Assembly (NCBI GenBank): GCA_052327205.1
Contig: CM126202.1
Span: 192,014,001 to 192,078,000 of the forward strand
Source: Somniosus microcephalus
Taxonomy: Eukaryota
Direction: 5' to 3'
DNA: 64,000 nucleotides
Under the pieces are notes generated by a model. That model was not told the DNA's origin. It searched no databases and was given only the letters and a program-made list of their open reading frames with translations. Position numbers and translations under genes: made by a program. Positions 57,801 to 64,000 of this stretch are shown piece after piece (position 1 is the stretch's first letter; every line of letters begins with the position of its first letter).

Positions 57801-60800
57801 TCTTATAAACTTTAGTTTGAGCGAATTTTCGTAGCTGCCCTTTGTACTTAAGACTCCCTTTCAGAAAGTGAGTATTCACAAAGACGTCTCTAAATAGCGC
57901 CTTGAAAGGTGTTCACATGAGGACACTGTCTCCTTTCTAGTAACAGAGAGCGAAGATCTGACAGGTTTTGTTGTCAGTAGTATAGTGAGAGCTTTGTAAG
58001 ATATTCGTTTTTCTTTCTCTAAATGCTCCAACTTAATAAAGACCCCCTGTCTTAAAGCGTGCATGCCCCTGCTGTCTCTGTCCACCCTGTGTCCAGTCTG
58101 TCCCTAGAACCCCCCACGTGATGTCTGCTAACATAATTTTAATGATTTTGTCAACGTACACAGAATTAATTTTCATAAAAATGCAAAACAGACAACGTCC
58201 TTTGCAAGTATGTTCTTAGAACCTCCTTAAATGCTCCGATGTTGAGTAAGAAAGACTGCTCCTTGACTCTAAATTCATCCCATTTCAAAAGAAAGGGTTT
58301 CAAACCTGCAAAAAAATTCGCCCCATTCAGATTAGGAGCGTTTATTTCTTGCTTGGCCTTTGAACAGAGAGGTCATGTCACTCAGAAAAGGGCTATTCCT
58401 TCCCTCTCCCCCTCCCCACAACCACAGCGCTCACTCACTCTCACTCTAAACAAACCTCGGTCCGGGCTGGCTTTAAGGCAACATGCTACAAAGATTAAAG
58501 ATTTGGCTTTTTACAAGAAAACGAGGTGCTTCTGTAATCATAGCAACGGTATGTAGGCCACAAAGTGCTACCAAACAGCTAGTGATGTCCCTCCCTGGAG
58601 CGTTCGAGTCTCAGGCTTGTAGGATTTTTATCGACTGTTGCTGCTTCGCTCTATAGCAAGTCTCTCTATGAATTAAAATTAAATATGGCTGACTCAATAT
58701 CAGCAATAAGCAAAATATATTAAAGTGTGGGATGTGGCCGGCAAAGAGTCATTACCTGGCGCATCTATGTTTAAAAAAGCCTCGCTTGCAATGTGCTGTT
58801 GAAGGTATTTTCTCTGTTTGTTTTTCATTCTTTCTATTTTTTTTACGGACTTGCTTGGTTATGCAGGAAAATGTATGTTGACGGGAACGTTTAGTAATGG
58901 ATTATTTACGAGGGAATCAGAGGGTCAAGTTCTGGTCTAAGTGGCACATCTGCGAAACATTGAGGCTACTAATTCACCAAAGGCTGCACGGCTTTTATTG
59001 TAGACATATTGGGGAATTAGTAAGAGTCCGCGTCCCCCCTTCGCAAGGGGGAGGGGGACTGATTATATCATGATGTATTGCTGGCTACACGTTCAATCTG
59101 TAACACTGCAGCTAAAACGTGAAGACGAAAAAAATCTAACAAAACACTCTAGCCATCCATTATGAAGAAAAATAGGAGCCATGCTGAGAAATTAGGTAAA
59201 TAAATTCTAAATTAGAAGAATATTAACCACAACATCATTCACACAGCTCCACGCCTGTCTGTCCTGATGTGCAATTAAATTAAAGCAAATTCACATTTGA
59301 ACATTTGCTGGTTATGGTGTAGTTTATACTTTAAAAATCTCCCTCTCTCCCTCTCTCTGTTATAGCTCCGATATAGCAACACTGGGTTTCTGGGTTTGTG
59401 TAATATTAAATCTAAAGGATGATATGAATGGTTCCAGCTTTATGTCATAAAACTGTCCTGAATGTACTAAACGTATGTGTGCCAGTTCATCAATTCCTCT
59501 TCCCTTTAAAACGATTCAACATTTACAATAGACCTAACTCGCACATGTCATTGCAGGAAGGCAGATGTTATTTTTGCACGTTTCATACAGTGACTGGGTA
59601 CATGTATTACGTTGGAAATGTTCCAGTCCGCCCATATTGTTTGCTAAATGATTGTTACTTCAGATATATTAAACTCAAGAGAAACTGGAGTGCAAATCAG
59701 ATCTATCAAACAAGCATCTGTGATTTTTACCTCGGGAGAAATTATTAAAATGTTCAAATGTAAATCGCGTGTCCCTTCGTCCTAATTGAAAACGTTATCT
59801 GTTGTATGTGTAGTTTATTTCTAGATTTAGTTATCTCCCAATATGTAATCATGTTTCTATTTGCATTAACGAACAATGCAATTCACAAATATGTGCGCAG
59901 TTAAACAACTATTTTATTGGAAAAAAAGTAAACAGATTGAAATTTTAATTCACTGTATGTGATTGGGTGGTGACAGTCCAGTATTCGGGTTAGTTGTATA
60001 TATGTATTAATCTATAGAGGGAGCGAGAGACCGTTATGAAATACAAGCGCTGGTGACTTAGCAATGTGACTGCATTAAAACAAGCCACTAATAAAATTGG
60101 TCTCAGCATGGTGTATAATTGCAACAGAATGTTTCCAAATAACATTTAAAGAGATAGTTGATCATGGAGTCAGAGTCACAGACTGGCTGCTGTGTACTCG
60201 AAGCGCTCCGGCACTGTTGAAGAAAACCCAGGTGTGAGCAGCCCCAGTAAGTCCTCTACACATGTTAAGTTTTCCACATGTGAATGTAGTGAAAATAAGG
60301 AAAGGTGTCACATCAATCACACCATGGTCCAAACCATATCTCTGCTTATACACTTAGTGCGGCCTATGCAAGAAGGAGACCTTTTACATATTTATTGAAA
60401 CAAATATGTTCACATCTGTGCTCTGTAGAGGATGTCTTTAAAATATATTGACGTCACTGTTGCTGATCAGAGTGTACAGCAGAAGGAATCTCCTGACATT
60501 CCCACTGACTGTTAAAGGTTTTATTCTGTTTACATTCACTGTACTGAGGCTGCAGAGAAACTCCAGCCGAGAGCATCTCCTGTGCCTGTCAGATCTTCAA
60601 GTGAAACCTCTCCACTCTGCCCTTATTCTATCATCTGCATATTTCCAGTTACTTTACCATTCACTGAACCCCGGGTCTACAAACAAAAGCCCTTCTTTCC
60701 CCCCATCTCCTTGCTTTTCACTTGTGTTCGTATCTTTTATTTTCGTTTTTAGAGTATTTTTAGAACCGTTTCTTATACCAATTTATACTTTTTCAAAAAT

Positions 60801-63800
60801 ATGTATCCTTGTGAATTCACTTAGTCATTATTCCATAACCGCAGTGCTATAAATCAATTCCCTTGTTCTTCCTCGCTTTTTTGCAGTCTTTTTTTCCATC
60901 TCGGCCTGCCCCCTCTCTCTCTCTCACACACACACATATACAAATATCACTGAGATGCAAATGCCACGTGTTGATAAATTTGTACTTAATGACAACCTAA
61001 ATCCAATCTCAAAAGAAATAAAACTCTTACTTTTTGCAGACATTCCCCTCTGGCCGCTGCCTCCTTTAATTATGTGTGCTAGATTTCTTCCCTGTGAAAA
61101 AAAAGCCTGGGGTTTTGGATAGAATCTCGGTGCTGTGTTTTTTTTGAGAAGGGACTACGCGCCCCATACCCAAAGGCTCTCAGTTAAGTGCAGATTGAGA
61201 CATATCGGGTTCCTTATAAAAGGATCATTTCATGTGGGAGGTTGGACACAAAGTTTGGACTCGTGACTTGCATTCCTGAGCGACATGCATATTTTAAAAC
61301 AACAAAGCAAGCGAGGAACAAGGCTTAGGGAAACAAAAAAAACTTGGAAGAGAAGTTTCTGAGCGATAAGAATCTCTGTTTTAAAAAATTATATCCAATA
61401 ATTGCTATCCTTTCAGAACACCCCGGGCAACGTGTATTGCAAGCTTGGGAGAATTCTGCTTCAATTATAGGTTGATTGGGTTGTTCACCCAAAGACATTA
61501 AGTATGGTTAAAACCTGTAACAGTTAAAGTGAAGAAAGGACAGCACAGAATAAATTGTTTACAAGTGCACGGTTAAAGCGACCATGTGTTCCGGTAAAAT
61601 GTGAAGTAGCTTCCCAGATTCAGCACATTGCTGCTGACTTGGTTTATAATGATCCCGTCCTTATGTAATGAGTGCAGTTATTAATGGGAAATCAAATGGG
61701 GAAACTCAGACGAAATAGTGACAGCTGAAGAAATGGGCAGCGTCACACAGCGTGTGAAACCACAATTTAATGCCTGGTGCCAAAAAAATGCTCTGATTGC
61801 TTTATTCATTTCATTCATTTAACATGTGATGATCAGCCTAGAAACTGAAAACGACAAATCCAGGCGAAATATCATGTAGGCCACATACACACGTGTTCTG
61901 TGCAGTTCAGCGACACTGCTGCGTTCTCCTCCAAACTGCATCGATTATTATTTCTACCATAAAACACTATTTGCAACATGTGTGGAAATTTGAGCCCCCG
62001 CAGAAAGAAAAATGAAGACGGAATGAGAGAACAAATAGTGAGGACATAGATATCTCTGTTAGTTGTCAATGCAGGTCCATGGGCCGAGAATGCTAATGAG
62101 GCTTCGCAGTGAAGACTGGAGCTGTGTGTGTGCACAGGGATCGATAGCTGACCCAATGGTTTGGGCAATGCTTTATCTGGGCGAGCAATGATATTATCAG
62201 CCTTGAATGTTATATACAGCAAACGTCTTCCTAAATCAACACAAACGGTTCGCTTACAGAAGCCATCCCACTACCCACTTTGGAAAACGCCCTTCACGAT
62301 TGGGATATTTTATATCCCGTAGCTTTCATTTGATCCATTGCCTCAGCTTGATCTAGGACTCTGTGGACAGGAAGATATATACACAATTATACAGCCATCA
62401 TCTTGCCTGCTAACAGACTTGTCCCTGATAGGCTGGTTGTGTTTGGTCTACTGAGAGAAAGAAACCCACATAGTCTTGTTTTATTTTGCCGTACAATATT
62501 TTTATTTAAATCAATTTGTCAACAATGTAAACGATGGTTATATAAATTCATTTTTATTAATAATACATCAGGAAATACATATCATTGCTGAGCATTATTA
62601 GAAATCCTTTCATGTTGCTTGACAATGACATTGCAACCTCACATACATCTTAACAAGGCTCCCCCCCCCCCTCCAGCCCACACTTTTGCCTACAGTGTTA
62701 ATGCGGCTGGTCCATATTTCTTAAGACATTTTAATAACCCCTGAACTGTTTATATGATGCCAAGCCACTGATGTTGCATATTTTATAGAAGGCATCATGG
62801 AATGGACAATGATTCATAACATAGATACAGAAGATCTCAAGCTAACACAATGTTTCGATTCATTAAATATCCAGAAGATGACAGGCTGCTTTTTATGTTT
62901 GTCTGAGAACCAGCGGCAAGTAAACTTTTTTTTTGTCTGAAAGTCAGTGGCCTTCTTTCCTAAGTGCAAAATAAATGGCGAATGTGCCTCTCTTCAATCA
63001 GAGAATAAGCCAGGGAGGGTGCAATGGAGTCCCCAATAGCTGACATGATAAGACTCTGGGCTGTGCACTTGTACAGATAGTGAAATGTGCGATGTGAACT
63101 TTTTTTAGGCTGATATTTTTATGGGGTGGGTGGACGCTGGAACTCGGATTCTTCGGTGCAGGGTTTGAAACGTATTCCCTGACAAGTGGGGATAATAAAT
63201 GAGAGTCGCTTTCAGATAGATATCTCAGACGTGAAATTGCGCCCAGCTGGTTGTGTAAGCAAACAAATAGTTTCATGTAAGACTCTCGACTTGTAGGTTG
63301 ATGAATAGAACACGACATCGGTAAATGGGTCTTTAACTCATTTAGGAATAAAACTCTTGGCTCTCTAAGTGAAAGACACGGAGACGCCATGTACCCAGGG
63401 CAATCGCTATTTAAAAAAAAGAGTTTTATTAGTTTCCACTCCTTCACCCACATTTTTGCCATTAAATCCAAACGTCAGTCAATTACAATGGTCACCAGCC
63501 CAGCAGTGAAACATCTGAACAGGCCCTAACTTTGGTGCACATATGGAGATTAATAGATTTGTTTTGTGAAAATACTTGAGGTTTGGAAATGCGAGAAGTT
63601 AAATGGGAATGTATTAGAAGGTAAACATACTTTTCCTATTTGACAAATGACATCTGCTTGTAAAATAAAACCACCTTTTTAGACAAACACGATGGGGGGG
63701 GGGTCGTTCAATTTAAGTAGTGTTTTTAAAACAAACTACTTTTCAGGATTAATCTCAAGACCCCGCTTTTTCCAAAACCATATTGAATACAACATCAACG

Positions 63801-64000
63801 GATTCGCTCTGCAGCTTAAAATCAGGCCGATCAAATATCTTTTTAATTTGTTATTTTTTTAAAACGTGCTCAAACGGTGCAAAAGAAGTGGCCGAGTTAA
63901 GCGGTGAAGGTGGACAGGTGGAATGAAAATAAATTCACTTCACTCAACTGGAACTGTAATAAACACAGTTATTTAAAAGAAATGTTTCAAACGACGGGCA

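Noticed and set aside
36133-64000. Conserved miRNA, tRNA or other RNA genes; host protein-coding exons among the short ORFs
   Set aside because: Only partial seed-like matches were seen (e.g. 'ggcacgcggt' ~47550, 'tatggcttt' ~53079, 'gctggtgttgtg' ~54565), without the rest of the mature sequence or a hairpin. The ORFs have random composition.

Overview
Eukaryotic, non-genic vertebrate DNA. The SINE, CR1 and Penelope repertoire points to a cartilaginous fish (shark-like); this is inferred from recalled repeat families, not from a search. No host protein-coding gene could be identified. The window has two halves. Positions ~1-36,200 are a dense transposon field. It holds three PIF/Harbinger elements: 4247-~7713; a host element at 8413-14019; and a well-preserved nested element at 9012-12851 with 12-bp TIRs and a TCT TSD, whose transposase lacks the DDE domain but whose 3-exon Myb/SANT gene is nearly intact and carries ten 11-residue (hendecad) repeats. 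It also holds many Harbinger-type MITEs, a nearly full-length CR1 LINE (18018-22879, minus strand) with a tandemly duplicated TATA/CCAAT promoter cassette, Penelope-type insertions, SINEs, and an unexplained 778-bp fold-back element with DIRS-like terminal hairpins (2972-3749). Positions ~36,200-64,000 are nearly free of recognisable transposons and increasingly CpG-rich. They contain enhancer-like blocks (a Meis/TGIF site cluster, a strong RE1/NRSE match, two CTCF-like sites), as expected in the regulatory neighbourhood of a developmental or neural gene lying outside the window.
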